From: Verrucomicrobiales bacterium
GTDB lineage: Bacteria > Verrucomicrobiota > Verrucomicrobiia > Verrucomicrobiales > SLCJ01
Assembly: GCA_046075565.1 (NCBI GenBank)
Contig: JBJTQJ010000108.1
Location: 1 to 64,000, forward strand
Length of the DNA stretch: 64,000 bases
Direction of reading: 5' to 3'
Shown here: one piece after another, positions 49,172 through 58,574 of the stretch
Layout: every line of letters starts with the position of its first letter
How positions within the stretch are numbered: the stretch's first letter is position 1
The notes under the pieces: model-generated
Databases searched by the model: none
Told to the model about the DNA's origin: nothing
What the model saw: only the letters and a program-made list of their open reading frames with translations
Position numbers and translations under genes: made by a program

Positions 49172-50725
49172 ATGAAATCCATCTCGCCGCGTTATCCGTT
49201 GGTTTCTCTCGCTCTTCTGGCTTCCCTTGCCGTTGGTTCGGCCCAGACGACCCAAAAAATGGAACTCACCTTCGCGGCCGTGGAGGCGATGGCCATCGAG
49301 GCGTCGAAGTCTCCTTGGGCTCCGGTGAATGACGACAGTCTTTTGCCCAAAGCCCTCCATGGACTGACCTACGACCAGCACCGGAACATCCGTTTCAAGC
49401 CGGAATCCCAGCTCTGGACCGAAGATGGCCTCCCCTTTCGGGTCGCCCTTTTCCACCCCGGGTATCTATTCAAGATGCCGGTGGCGATGAACGAGTTCAC
49501 CGACACGCACGTGCAGAAACTGCGTTTCGCCCGCTCGCTTTTCGATTACACGAACTCCGGTGTCGATCCGGCCGAACTGCCCACCGATCTCGGTTACGCC
49601 GGTTTCCGCCTCCACCATCCGCTCAACAATGCCGAAACCTACGATGAACTCGCCGTCTTCCTCGGGGCGAGCTACTACCGGATGTTAGGCAGAAACATGA
49701 TCTACGGCCTCTCCGCCCGTGGCCTCGCCCTCGACACCGGACTCGACAAACCGGAGGAATTTCCGGTTTTCACGCAGGCTTGGTTCGGAAAACCGAAAGC
49801 GGGAGCCAAATCGATCACACTTTATACCTTGCTTAACAGCCCGAGCGTCGCCGGTGCCTACGAGTTTGTCATCACTCCGGGCGAACAAACCGTCTGCCGG
49901 GTGCGCACGACTCTTGTCTTCCGCCAAGCCGTCACTCAAATCGGTATTTCCCCGCTCACCAGCATGTATTGGTTCGGCGAAAATGTGCGCCATGCCTACG
50001 ATGACTTCCGCCCGGAAGTTCACGACAGTGATGGCCTCGTCATGAAAACGGAAACCGGCGAAGTGCTCTGGCGTCCGCTGCAGAATGATCCCCAGCGCAA
50101 GAACATCTATTCGTTTTCCGCCCGTAACGTGCGCGGCTTCGGCCTTGTGCAACGCGACCGGGATTTCTCGAACTACGAAGATCTCGAAGCCCGCTACGAT
50201 GAACGCCCGGCCGTCTGGGTCGAGCCCGATGGTTACTGGGGACCGGGTTCCGTCAAACTCGTCGAGTTGCCGACCGCCCACGAACTCTCCGACAATATCG
50301 TCGCCTTCTGGGAACCCGAAACCCACCCCAAACCCGGCGAACCCTACCGCCTCGCTTACACCCAGCGCTGGACGCTCGACGGCAATCCGGCCGGGGCTTC
50401 CGGCTATGCTGTTGCCACCCGCTCAGGCATCCACGAATGGGCACCGGGGGTGCGGTTTATCATCGTCGATTTCGCGGGCAAAACCCTCGAGGCCATGGAT
50501 GCCAAACTCGCCCCCGAAGCAGTCATCACCACCTCCGACCCCGGCGTAGAAATCATGCACCCGACCGTGCAGAAAAACCCGCGTAACCAGACTTGGCGCG
50601 TCGCCTTCCAGATCAAAGCCAAGGAGGGATTCACTCCCGTGCCCACGGGAGCCGAGTTGCGCTGTGCCCTCCGCCGCGGAGAAGACTTCCTCACCGAAAC
50701 ATGGACCTGCCGGATGCCCCTCTGA
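49172..50725 (+). CDS. opgG: Periplasmic glucan biosynthesis protein OpgG/OpgD family
   Basis: LTYDQHRNIRF, FLGASYYR, YGLSARGLA, PLTSMY, RPEVHDSDGL and DNIVAFW. Confidence 0.92.
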   Translation: MKSISPRYPLVSLALLASLAVGSAQTTQKMELTFAAVEAMAIEASKSPWAPVNDDSLLPKALHGLTYDQHRNIRFKPESQLWTEDGLPFRVALFHPGYLFKMPVAMNEFTDTHVQKLRFARSLFDYTNSGVDPAELPTDLGYAGFRLHHPLNNAETYDELAVFLGASYYRMLGRNMIYGLSARGLALDTGLDKPEEFPVFTQAWFGKPKAGAKSITLYTLLNSPSVAGAYEFVITPGEQTVCRVRTTLVFRQAVTQIGISPLTSMYWFGENVRHAYDDFRPEVHDSDGLVMKTETGEVLWRPLQNDPQRKNIYSFSARNVRGFGLVQRDRDFSNYEDLEARYDERPAVWVEPDGYWGPGSVKLVELPTAHELSDNIVAFWEPETHPKPGEPYRLAYTQRWTLDGNPAGASGYAVATRSGIHEWAPGVRFIIVDFAGKTLEAMDAKLAPEAVITTSDPGVEIMHPTVQKNPRNQTWRVAFQIKAKEGFTPVPTGAELRCALRRGEDFLTETWTCRMPL

Positions 50726-51294
50726 ACCTCCCGGGCCCGACCGCGCCCGAAACGGTGGCGGATTGGAACGAGGCGTATGTGACGGTGGAAAGTTATTTCT
50801 GTGCCCTCGGGTTGCGGAACAAACTTCTACTGAGCACCTGCATCCACCGCGTGCTCAAGCGCGCGGCCGCCCGCCACGATGTCGAATCGGCGCGTAAACC
50901 CTCGGCCATCGCGATGGAAGAAGCCATGCGTCTCGTCGCCGAATGGTTCCAGCGGGTGCTCGACATCCAGCTTCCGGAAAATCGCCTCGCTGCCCGCGGC
51001 CGCCTTTCCCTTCTGCTCGCCGATCTACCCGGTCATTGGCAGCCATGGTTCCTCTCCGAACCACCTTGGCCGGCACCATTCGTTGCCGCAATGCGGAATT
51101 CCTACCTCAGTGCCGGCCCCGAGTTCCAGACGCGCACCATGACACCGCGGCCCATCGAGATCAATTCGCTGCTCAGTGGTGCCAGCCGGTCATGGGATAA
51201 TCTTTCCCGCACCAACCCGCACCTTAAGAGAGCACTGGCCTTGCTCATTGGACTGGGCCTACTCGGTTCGGTCTATCTCTTGTTGTGGAATTGA
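50701..51294 (+). CDS. Hypothetical membrane-anchored protein, possibly related to the OpgH N-terminal cytoplasmic region
   Basis: Overlaps the opgG end. Helical body, AGPEFQTRTMTPRPI and one C-terminal TM helix. Start uncertain. Confidence 0.65.
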   Translation: MDLPDAPLNLPGPTAPETVADWNEAYVTVESYFCALGLRNKLLLSTCIHRVLKRAAARHDVESARKPSAIAMEEAMRLVAEWFQRVLDIQLPENRLAARGRLSLLLADLPGHWQPWFLSEPPWPAPFVAAMRNSYLSAGPEFQTRTMTPRPIEINSLLSGASRSWDNLSRTNPHLKRALALLIGLGLLGSVYLLLWN

Positions 51295-51302
51295 AGAGCC
51301 GC

Positions 51303-51383
51303 GTGGCAGAGCTTGTGCGGTCAGGGGAACAAACGTACGAAGGTCTCGGCACTGAGATCGCGTTCCCCTACACACGATGCCAC
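51303..51383. terminator. Long nested hairpin between convergent genes
   Basis: GTGGCA/TGCCAC, AGGGGAAC/GTTCCCCT and GGTCTCGG/CTGAGATC nested stems. Confidence 0.5.
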
Positions 51384-51387
51384 CACT

Positions 51388-52947
51388 TCAATCGTCGTTG
51401 CCGCGTTTCGCGCGATTCACCAGATCACGGAACTCCGCACGGGCACTGGCATCGGGCCCATGGCTGGCATTCGCGGAACACGCGAGAATATCCTCTTTGC
51501 CCGATGTCCCGATGTGTTTGGACTTGGCCAGCCATTGTCCGAACGCGGCCACCGAAGTGGCGAAACGGAAATCACGCGAGGCTGCGGAGAAGTCCTCCAC
51601 CTGTTCCGGGACAGTCACTTCCGTCAGCAAGGAAGCACCACCTGAAGGGGACTTGGCTCGGACCTTTACCGTCATGATCTCGGAAGCATCGGCACCGGGT
51701 GCTGGCCTTGTCTCCTGATACTTAAGTGAGTCAGCGACCGTACCACTTGGCATTCCCGCCGGGATGATTTCATAAAACGCGGTGACACGGTGGCCGGCTC
51801 CGATTTCCCCTGCATCCTTGGTGTCGTCGTTGAAGTCTGCGTCCTCAAGGAGTCGGTTTTCATAACCGATCAGCCTCCACGAACCAACGACACGGGGATG
51901 GAACTCGACTTGGATCTTCGCGTCCTTGGCTATGGTCTGAAGCGTGCCACCAATTTGTTCACCGAAAAGTTTTCGAGCCTCGGCGGCGGAATCCACATAG
52001 CCATACTGGCCATCGCCTTTGTTGGAAATCGCTTCCAAGGTGGAGTCCTTCAGGTTGCCCATACCGAAGCCGAGCGCTGTCATTTCGATGCCGCCACCCG
52101 CTTCCTTGCGCACGAGATCGACCAGCGAGGATTCATCGCTCACGCCGACATTGAAGTCGCCGTCGGTGCAGAGGATCACGCGATTGAAGCCATTGGCGAT
52201 CCGATTTTCGCGCGCCGTTTTGTAGGCGAGTTTGAGTCCCTCTCCACCATTCGTCGAACCACCGGCTTCCAACTCGGAGAGCGCGGCGAGAATCTTCGAT
52301 TTCTCGGAACCCGGCGTGGAAGGAAGCACAAGCCCGGAGGCACCGGCATAAACCACGATGGCAATACGATCCTGCGGACGCACCTGCTCGACCAGTATCT
52401 TCATCGATTGTTTCACCAGTGGCAGTTTGTTTTCATCATGCATGGAGCCGGAGACATCGAGGAGGAAAACGAGATTCGCCGGAGGACGCGCGGCAGCCGG
52501 AACCTGACGCCCTTGGATACCCACCCTCACCAGATAATGGCCGTCTGCCCAGGGGCAGTGAGCGGCTTCAGTTGAGATGGAGAATGCTTTGCCATCCTGC
52601 GGGGCCGGGTAGTCATAGCGAAACGAGTTGATGAATTCTTCGGTGCGCACGGCCCCGGGATCGACCGCTTGGCCCTCGCGGCTCATCCGTCGCACGTTGG
52701 CATACGACGCGGTGTCCACATCAACGGAAAACGTCGAACGGGCTTTGTCGGTGGTGCGGTTGAACTGGTTCTCTTCCTTATGGGCGTAGCTTTCCGTGTT
52801 CCAATTCGGGACCCGTGATCTGGACACATAACTCGCCGACCCCGCGAAAACCACGGGGCTTGCGAGGGGCGGGGAATCGGGAGAATCACAAGACGAGGAA
52901 ACCGCGAGTATCGACAGTGAAGCAAGCCAGAAAGGGAAAGCGCGCAT
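51388..52947 (-). CDS. YfbK-like VWA domain lipoprotein (vWF_A/VWA/DUF3520)
   Basis: STFSVDVDTASY, VRTEEFIN, MIDAS DVSGSM, TDGDFNVG, RLIGYENR and DAGEIGAGH. Confidence 0.9.
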   Translation of the reverse strand: MRAFPFWLASLSILAVSSSCDSPDSPPLASPVVFAGSASYVSRSRVPNWNTESYAHKEENQFNRTTDKARSTFSVDVDTASYANVRRMSREGQAVDPGAVRTEEFINSFRYDYPAPQDGKAFSISTEAAHCPWADGHYLVRVGIQGRQVPAAARPPANLVFLLDVSGSMHDENKLPLVKQSMKILVEQVRPQDRIAIVVYAGASGLVLPSTPGSEKSKILAALSELEAGGSTNGGEGLKLAYKTARENRIANGFNRVILCTDGDFNVGVSDESSLVDLVRKEAGGGIEMTALGFGMGNLKDSTLEAISNKGDGQYGYVDSAAEARKLFGEQIGGTLQTIAKDAKIQVEFHPRVVGSWRLIGYENRLLEDADFNDDTKDAGEIGAGHRVTAFYEIIPAGMPSGTVADSLKYQETRPAPGADASEIMTVKVRAKSPSGGASLLTEVTVPEQVEDFSAASRDFRFATSVAAFGQWLAKSKHIGTSGKEDILACSANASHGPDASARAEFRDLVNRAKRGNDD

Positions 52948-53053
52948 TCGGCGAGACTAGAACAAAACACCGGGCACTGCAACGGATTCGATGGGAGACA
53001 GGAAACCTGTGCACAATTAGCTGCGGCGGCGCAGCCTCAACTTGTGAGGAGCT

Positions 53054-54100
53054 TCACTTCTCCATCGTCCCAAGATCGCGGAAACCATGCTCCGCGCCAA
53101 GCCGGAGGCAATCATCGAGCGGCAGGATTCCGCCGGTGCAGGTGGGATCAAACAGATTCGAGGCGGCGGCACAGACAGCCATGCGCAGGCATTCTTGGAT
53201 AGGCAGGCCATCATGCAGCCCGAGCAAGGCGCCGGCGGCAAAGGCATCCCCTGCCCCGGCGGCTCCGCGGATTTTTTCAGGTGGAATCTTCACGCTGCCC
53301 TGAAGGCAATGCTCGCCGCTAGCATGGCGGGCCAAAGCACCATCGGGAAAATGAATGACCACCCATTCTCTTACCCCGGCTTCCAGCAAGCGGGCGGCCG
53401 CCTCGGACAAGCGGGCGAAATCAATCTTTCCGTCCACCGTGACCTCGACTCCTGTAGAGCGACCGGCCTCGAATTCATTGATAATGAGATAATCCAAGTG
53501 CGGCAAGATGGGCCGGACGACAGCGGCGAAACGATCACTATCCTCGCTGACCAGATCAACGGAGGTCTTGAAGCCGAGGGTCGAGGCCTGCTGCAGGAGA
53601 CGCGATGCTCCGGTAGTGCCATCGGGCGCGATGGCATCGAGTTTGTCCAACAAAAGCAGGTAGCCGAGATGGAAGATCTTCGCCCGGGATGAAGCGAGAT
53701 CGAAATGGGATTCATCCAGCAGGGCATTGGCCCCGCGATTGTGGAAAAACGTGCGGCGTCCGGTGTCGCGCACGGTCATCACATCAGTGTAGGATGTCGG
53801 GGCTGCGGTAGTGACGAGAAGTGCGCCGGTTTGAATCCCATGTTTTGCGCAGTCCTTGAGGATGGTTTGCCCATCCTGATCATCACCGATGAGGCCAACC
53901 GCTTCCAGAGGAATGGTGGATCCGAACTTGGCGGTATTGATAAGGATGTTATACGGGGAACCACCGGAGCCCCCATGCTCGTCGAGGATGTTGGCCAGAG
54001 TGTCCTGGGCGGGAAAATGATCAACGATCTTGACGTGATCGATGATCCAGTTGCCACCGGAAAGGATACCAAGGCGATTGGATTGCGGCGACTCTTTCAT
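53054..54100 (-). CDS. PfkB/ribokinase-family carbohydrate kinase
   Basis: GGSPYN, RRTFFH.RGAN, NEFE and GAGDAFAAG. Confidence 0.92.
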   Translation of the reverse strand: MKESPQSNRLGILSGGNWIIDHVKIVDHFPAQDTLANILDEHGGSGGSPYNILINTAKFGSTIPLEAVGLIGDDQDGQTILKDCAKHGIQTGALLVTTAAPTSYTDVMTVRDTGRRTFFHNRGANALLDESHFDLASSRAKIFHLGYLLLLDKLDAIAPDGTTGASRLLQQASTLGFKTSVDLVSEDSDRFAAVVRPILPHLDYLIINEFEAGRSTGVEVTVDGKIDFARLSEAAARLLEAGVREWVVIHFPDGALARHASGEHCLQGSVKIPPEKIRGAAGAGDAFAAGALLGLHDGLPIQECLRMAVCAAASNLFDPTCTGGILPLDDCLRLGAEHGFRDLGTMEK

Positions 54101-55005
54101 AGGGAATCCGAAACCATTCCGCGCAGGAAAGCGATCGAGCGCCGGGCTGCGGTGTCGGGATCTCCTTCAGTGCGGTTCCATTTGTGCACGGCGGGATCGA
54201 CGACCTCACAGAAGAGTTCGGGGACAACGCCCAGCTTGTAGTCGGCCTCGCGCAGGACCTTCAGGATGTCCGGCGTGCGTGGACCGATCTTGCCGGTTCC
54301 GTAGTCGCGGCGGTGATTCTCGCTGAGGTGGACATGGTAGAGACAACCGCTGCGGGCAGCCTTGTCGAGATTGGGCACGACATCCTCGGCCTCGTCGATA
54401 TGAGCATGGCTGGTGTCCCAGTTGAATCCGAGATTCGGCAGTCCAACTTCCTTGATGATATCAAGGGCTTCGTCCACCGTGGTGATGACGTAGGTCTCGA
54501 AACGATTGAGGATTTCGAATCCGGCCAGCACACCGAGACCGCCTGCATGGCGGGTGATTTCCCGGAGCCCTTCTACCAACCATGCTCGTTCCTGCGAGGT
54601 CATACCCGCGCCGGTGAAATGGGTGTGGCGGGTATGCCATGGTCCACTCAGCACGCCCGCATCACTGTTGGTGGCAACCGCGGCGGCGTAAGAAATGAAA
54701 CCGCAAGCGCGCGCGATGGCGGCTTTCCGTTCAGCGGCATCAGGGCTGACCAGATGAGGGTTCGGTTGGCCCAGTGCCGCCATGTAGGGATTGAATCCAC
54801 AGGCGACCACTCCAAAGCCATGATCCGAAGCCTTCGCGCGGATCTCGGAGGCAAACGGAAGGTCCGCGGCATCAGGCGAGGCAAAGACTTCGATGACCGG
54901 ATTTTCACCGGGGATACCGAGACCTTTTGCCCACACGAGGAAAGCGTCGAGGTTACTCGCATCGACGGGCAGTTTCCATGCCCATGTGTTGATTCCGAAT
55001 CTCAT
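54097..55005 (-). CDS. D-tagatose/D-psicose 3-epimerase-family TIM-barrel enzyme
   Basis: FEILNRFETY, WDTSH, HVHLSENHR and PELF, matching the E-D-H-E metal site. Start 2 nt after the upstream stop. Confidence 0.85.
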   Translation of the reverse strand: MRFGINTWAWKLPVDASNLDAFLVWAKGLGIPGENPVIEVFASPDAADLPFASEIRAKASDHGFGVVACGFNPYMAALGQPNPHLVSPDAAERKAAIARACGFISYAAAVATNSDAGVLSGPWHTRHTHFTGAGMTSQERAWLVEGLREITRHAGGLGVLAGFEILNRFETYVITTVDEALDIIKEVGLPNLGFNWDTSHAHIDEAEDVVPNLDKAARSGCLYHVHLSENHRRDYGTGKIGPRTPDILKVLREADYKLGVVPELFCEVVDPAVHKWNRTEGDPDTAARRSIAFLRGMVSDSL

Positions 55006-55007
55006 GG

Positions 55008-56144
55008 TCAGGCTGGAATGTGTATCCATTGTCCGGATTTGGCCGAGGCGAGCACGGCATCGCATACGATCTGCGTGACCTGCGCGTCGCGGAAGGTCGG
55101 GCCGGCGGATTCACCTTTTGCGACTCCGGCAAGGAAGTCGGCAACCTGATGGATGAAAGTGTGCTCGTAGCCGATTTGCAGGCCGGGCACCCACCAGTTT
55201 TTCATGTAAGGTTGGTCGCCATCACTGACGTGCACATTGTGCCATCCGCGGATGATGGATTCATCCGAGTGATCGAAAACCTGTAGGCGGTGCAAGTCGT
55301 GGAGATCCCAGGCCAGCGAGGCCTTTTCGCCGTTGATCTCGAGGGTGTAAAGCGCCTTGTGGCCGCGGGCATAACGGGTCGATTCGAAAATGGCGAGCGA
55401 ACCATTGGCGAAGCGAGCGAGGAACGCGCACGCATCATCGATGCCAACCTGCTCGACTTTGCCGGTCAGGTTGTGCTTGCGTTCCTTAACGAAGGTTTCC
55501 GTCATGGCGGTAACGGACACAATCGGCCCATTGATCCAAATGGCGGTATCGATACAGTGGGCGAGCAAGTCGCCAGTGACGCCGGAACCGGCCGCGTTGA
55601 CATCCAAGCGCCAAAGACCTTCGCCCCCCTGCGGGAGATCGGCGGAAATGGTCCAGTCTTGGAGGAAATTGGCACGGTAATGGAAGATGCGTCCGAGACG
55701 GCCTTGCTCCACCATGTTCTTGACGAGGGTAACGGCAGGCACGCGGCGATAGTTATACCAGACGGTATTGAGAACACCGGCTTTTTCGACGGCTTGGCAC
55801 ATCTCCTCGCCTTCGGCAGCGGTGCGGGCCAGGGGTTTCTCGCAAAGGATCATCTTGCCTGCCTCGGCGGCGGCGATGGCGATGTCGCGGTGGAGATCAT
55901 TAGGCGTGCAGATATCGATGGCATCGATGTCATCGCGTTCGATAAGCTTGCGCCAATCGGTTTCATAGGACTCGTAACCCCAGTTGTCAGCGAAGGCTTT
56001 GACGCGCCCCTCATTGCGGGCGCAGACGGCCTTGAGCACCGGACGGTATTCGAGGTCGAAGAAGTGGTTGACCGAAGCGTAGGCATTCGAGTGGGTGCGG
56101 CCCATGAAGCCGTAGCCGACCATGCCGATATTAAGTTTTTTCAT
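55008..56144 (-). CDS. Gfo/Idh/MocA NAD(P)-dependent sugar oxidoreductase
   Basis: [22 protein letters not shown] and GDLLAHCID. Confidence 0.92.
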   Translation of the reverse strand: MKKLNIGMVGYGFMGRTHSNAYASVNHFFDLEYRPVLKAVCARNEGRVKAFADNWGYESYETDWRKLIERDDIDAIDICTPNDLHRDIAIAAAEAGKMILCEKPLARTAAEGEEMCQAVEKAGVLNTVWYNYRRVPAVTLVKNMVEQGRLGRIFHYRANFLQDWTISADLPQGGEGLWRLDVNAAGSGVTGDLLAHCIDTAIWINGPIVSVTAMTETFVKERKHNLTGKVEQVGIDDACAFLARFANGSLAIFESTRYARGHKALYTLEINGEKASLAWDLHDLHRLQVFDHSDESIIRGWHNVHVSDGDQPYMKNWWVPGLQIGYEHTFIHQVADFLAGVAKGESAGPTFRDAQVTQIVCDAVLASAKSGQWIHIPA

Positions 56145-56192
56145 AGTGAGTAGTGTTGAAAAGTGGGATCTGTTTGGTTGGTCTGAAAGGCA

Positions 56193-57239
56193 TTATTCCT
56201 GCCAGCCATGCGCGTTCCGCACGGCAATCATGGCAGCGAGCACGTCGTTCCAGATTTGCGGGTCGAGCATGACCTCGTTCGAGAACATACAACCATCCCA
56301 GCAGATGTGACCGAAGGCCTTGGTCGGGTTCCCGTCATCGCCGCGCAGCCAATAGCCGGCGGCTTGGGTGATATCGAGTTTGCCATTCGGATCCTTGGGC
56401 GGGCAATGTTTGCCCGTCTTGTCATGGCTGCCCTGACCTTTGACGGTGGCGTCGTTCTGGGCAACATGGAAGTCGAGTGTCCAGGGACGGAGCGCGTCGG
56501 TGAGTTTGGCGTAGGCGGCGTCGAAAGTGGTTTTGTCGCTCCAATCGAAGCCCGCGGGCACCAAGGCGTCGCCGGGCGAATTGTGGCCGAGCAGATAGAG
56601 CAAGGTGTGGGCGAGGTCGGCCTGGAAACCGAGGGTCTTGGGGCGATTGACCAACTCCAGGAGCTTGAGCATCTCCCGCCAACTGTGCATGCCACCCCAG
56701 CAGATCTCACCTTCGGCAGCCAGTCGTTCGCCGTATTCCTCGGCGACGTCGCAGGCCCTGCGGAAGGTATCGGCAATAAGAGCCGTGTTGGCTTCCGGAT
56801 TTTCGGCCCACGGGGCTACTCCCGAGGCGGAGTCGATTCGGATCAATCCGTGCGGGCGAACGCCCAGATCACGCAACTTTTTGCCAATGATACATGCCTT
56901 GCGGACCTGATTGACGAATTGATCGCGCTCCTCCTGCGTGCCCATGGCGGCGCCACCACCCGTCGGCGGCCAGACGGGAGCAACCAGCGAACCGGCCATC
57001 AGCTTGCGGGCGCGGAGTTTCGCGGCCAACACTTCGAGATCGGCATCCGTGGAATCGATATCCACGTGCGGGGAGCAAAGGAATAGATCGACTCCATCGA
57101 ATTTCACTCCACCCACTTCGGCGGCGGCGGTGAGATCGAGCATGGTGTCGAGATCGATAAATGGCTCAGGACTATCGGGACCTTTGCCGACGACACCGGG
57201 CCAGGTGGCATTGTGGAGTTTCGGGTAGTTGTTGGACAT
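56193..57239 (-). CDS. Xylose-isomerase-like TIM-barrel protein (sugar isomerase/epimerase/dehydratase)
   Basis: [36 protein letters not shown] and CWDGCMF. Confidence 0.82.
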   Translation of the reverse strand: MSNNYPKLHNATWPGVVGKGPDSPEPFIDLDTMLDLTAAAEVGGVKFDGVDLFLCSPHVDIDSTDADLEVLAAKLRARKLMAGSLVAPVWPPTGGGAAMGTQEERDQFVNQVRKACIIGKKLRDLGVRPHGLIRIDSASGVAPWAENPEANTALIADTFRRACDVAEEYGERLAAEGEICWGGMHSWREMLKLLELVNRPKTLGFQADLAHTLLYLLGHNSPGDALVPAGFDWSDKTTFDAAYAKLTDALRPWTLDFHVAQNDATVKGQGSHDKTGKHCPPKDPNGKLDITQAAGYWLRGDDGNPTKAFGHICWDGCMFSNEVMLDPQIWNDVLAAMIAVRNAHGWQE

Positions 57240-57260
57240 GGGATGATGATGTTGGTTAGA

Positions 57261-58478
57261 TTAGAGAACGAGATCGGGGTTTTCCGGGCCGAAGTGTTTG
57301 AGCATGACGAGCGGATCGGTGGCGGAAGGGTTGGTAATTTTGACCCCCTGCTTGGCGGCATCTTCGCTGACGAAGAACTCGTCAAAGGTAAGTTGGCCGT
57401 AGCGGATGAGAGCCGGGGTGTCGATATCCCACACACCCAGCTTGCCATGGCCTTGCATGAGGATCATCCCGTAGGCGGCGGAATCGCGGATGACCGCCGA
57501 GCGTCCGGGCAGCACCGTCAACTCCTTCGCGCTGTAGGCGGAGGAGCGGTAACAAATCCAGTTCTCGATGTAACCATCGGCTTCCATTTCCGCCACGGGA
57601 CGAACCGGACGCGGGCGCATGAAATGGTTTTCCCGGAAAAGCGGATCAACATTGAGCTCCCAGTCGATCACTTCCATGAGGAAGTTGAAATCGCCAATGC
57701 GGCTCTCGGGGGTGTTTTTCCAAAGCAGCGATTCGGGCACCACGGTAGTGCCGGCCAGCGACTGATACATGGCGAAGTTGTCGGAAGCGGTCTGTGGCTC
57801 GTAGGTGCAGAGACTGCCGGGCGCGTGCAGAATGCCGGGCGGGACATCCCATCCCGTGCCGACCTCGAGACGATAAGCCTGCGAGAGATTGGTGATCTTG
57901 TTATCTCCCTTGGTAAAATTCTTCAGGGTTTCCATCACTTGATCCTGGGTGGTGCCGGGAGCGAAGCCGAAGAAGGTGTAGGGGAAATCCGCACCGTAGT
58001 TGTTCACTTGGGGCGGGAAGTAATAGGCTTCCGGTTTTCCACGCTGGCCGGTGAGTTGGGCGTGTTCCTCGCGGTGGTGGATGTGATGCGGAAGCGCGGC
58101 CTTGTTATCAAAGAACTTGGAATAGACCGACCAAGATTGGTCGCGCTTCCAGAGGCGCTCGCCGATGATTTTCGCCTTCAGTTCATCGACGGCGTCGCGC
58201 AGGAGGACCTGACGGGGGGCGGCGGATCCGTCCTGGAAAACCACCTGGCTGAGTCCTTCGTGTCTGCCGGTCAGCGGTCCATTATCCGCCGGGGTGGTCG
58301 AAGAAAACCAGCGTTCGTCGATGCCTCCGCGTTCACCTCCGAGGTGGTAGTAATCATCGGGATGGAGCTTGATGCGGCGTCCGGGAACACAAAAGGAACG
58401 CGGAACCCAGTTCGGGGCCAGACGCAGGATGCCGGCGCCTTGGTCCATGGCTTTGTCAATCAATTCACGGTCAGTCAT
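57261..58478 (-). CDS. Cupin protein resembling type I mannose-6-phosphate isomerase
   Basis: ERWFSS, KFFD..LPHHIH, KPEAYY, PGILHA and YEPQTASD, which parallels the PMI K..D..LS.QVH/K.E/HA/E.Q..SD pattern. Confidence 0.75.
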   Translation of the reverse strand: MTDRELIDKAMDQGAGILRLAPNWVPRSFCVPGRRIKLHPDDYYHLGGERGGIDERWFSSTTPADNGPLTGRHEGLSQVVFQDGSAAPRQVLLRDAVDELKAKIIGERLWKRDQSWSVYSKFFDNKAALPHHIHHREEHAQLTGQRGKPEAYYFPPQVNNYGADFPYTFFGFAPGTTQDQVMETLKNFTKGDNKITNLSQAYRLEVGTGWDVPPGILHAPGSLCTYEPQTASDNFAMYQSLAGTTVVPESLLWKNTPESRIGDFNFLMEVIDWELNVDPLFRENHFMRPRPVRPVAEMEADGYIENWICYRSSAYSAKELTVLPGRSAVIRDSAAYGMILMQGHGKLGVWDIDTPALIRYGQLTFDEFFVSEDAAKQGVKITNPSATDPLVMLKHFGPENPDLVL

Positions 58479-58574
58479 AGGATGGGTGGTTGGGGTTGAT
58501 GGGAAAAATCGGAGCAGGAAGCATGGAAAATCAAACGCATCTAGGCAAGCAAAATTCTTCTCCCAAGGCGAATT

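Noticed and set aside
56193-57239. Assignment as xylose isomerase XylA or apiose isomerase
   Set aside because: It lacks the motifs I associate with those enzymes. Only fold-level similarity can be supported.
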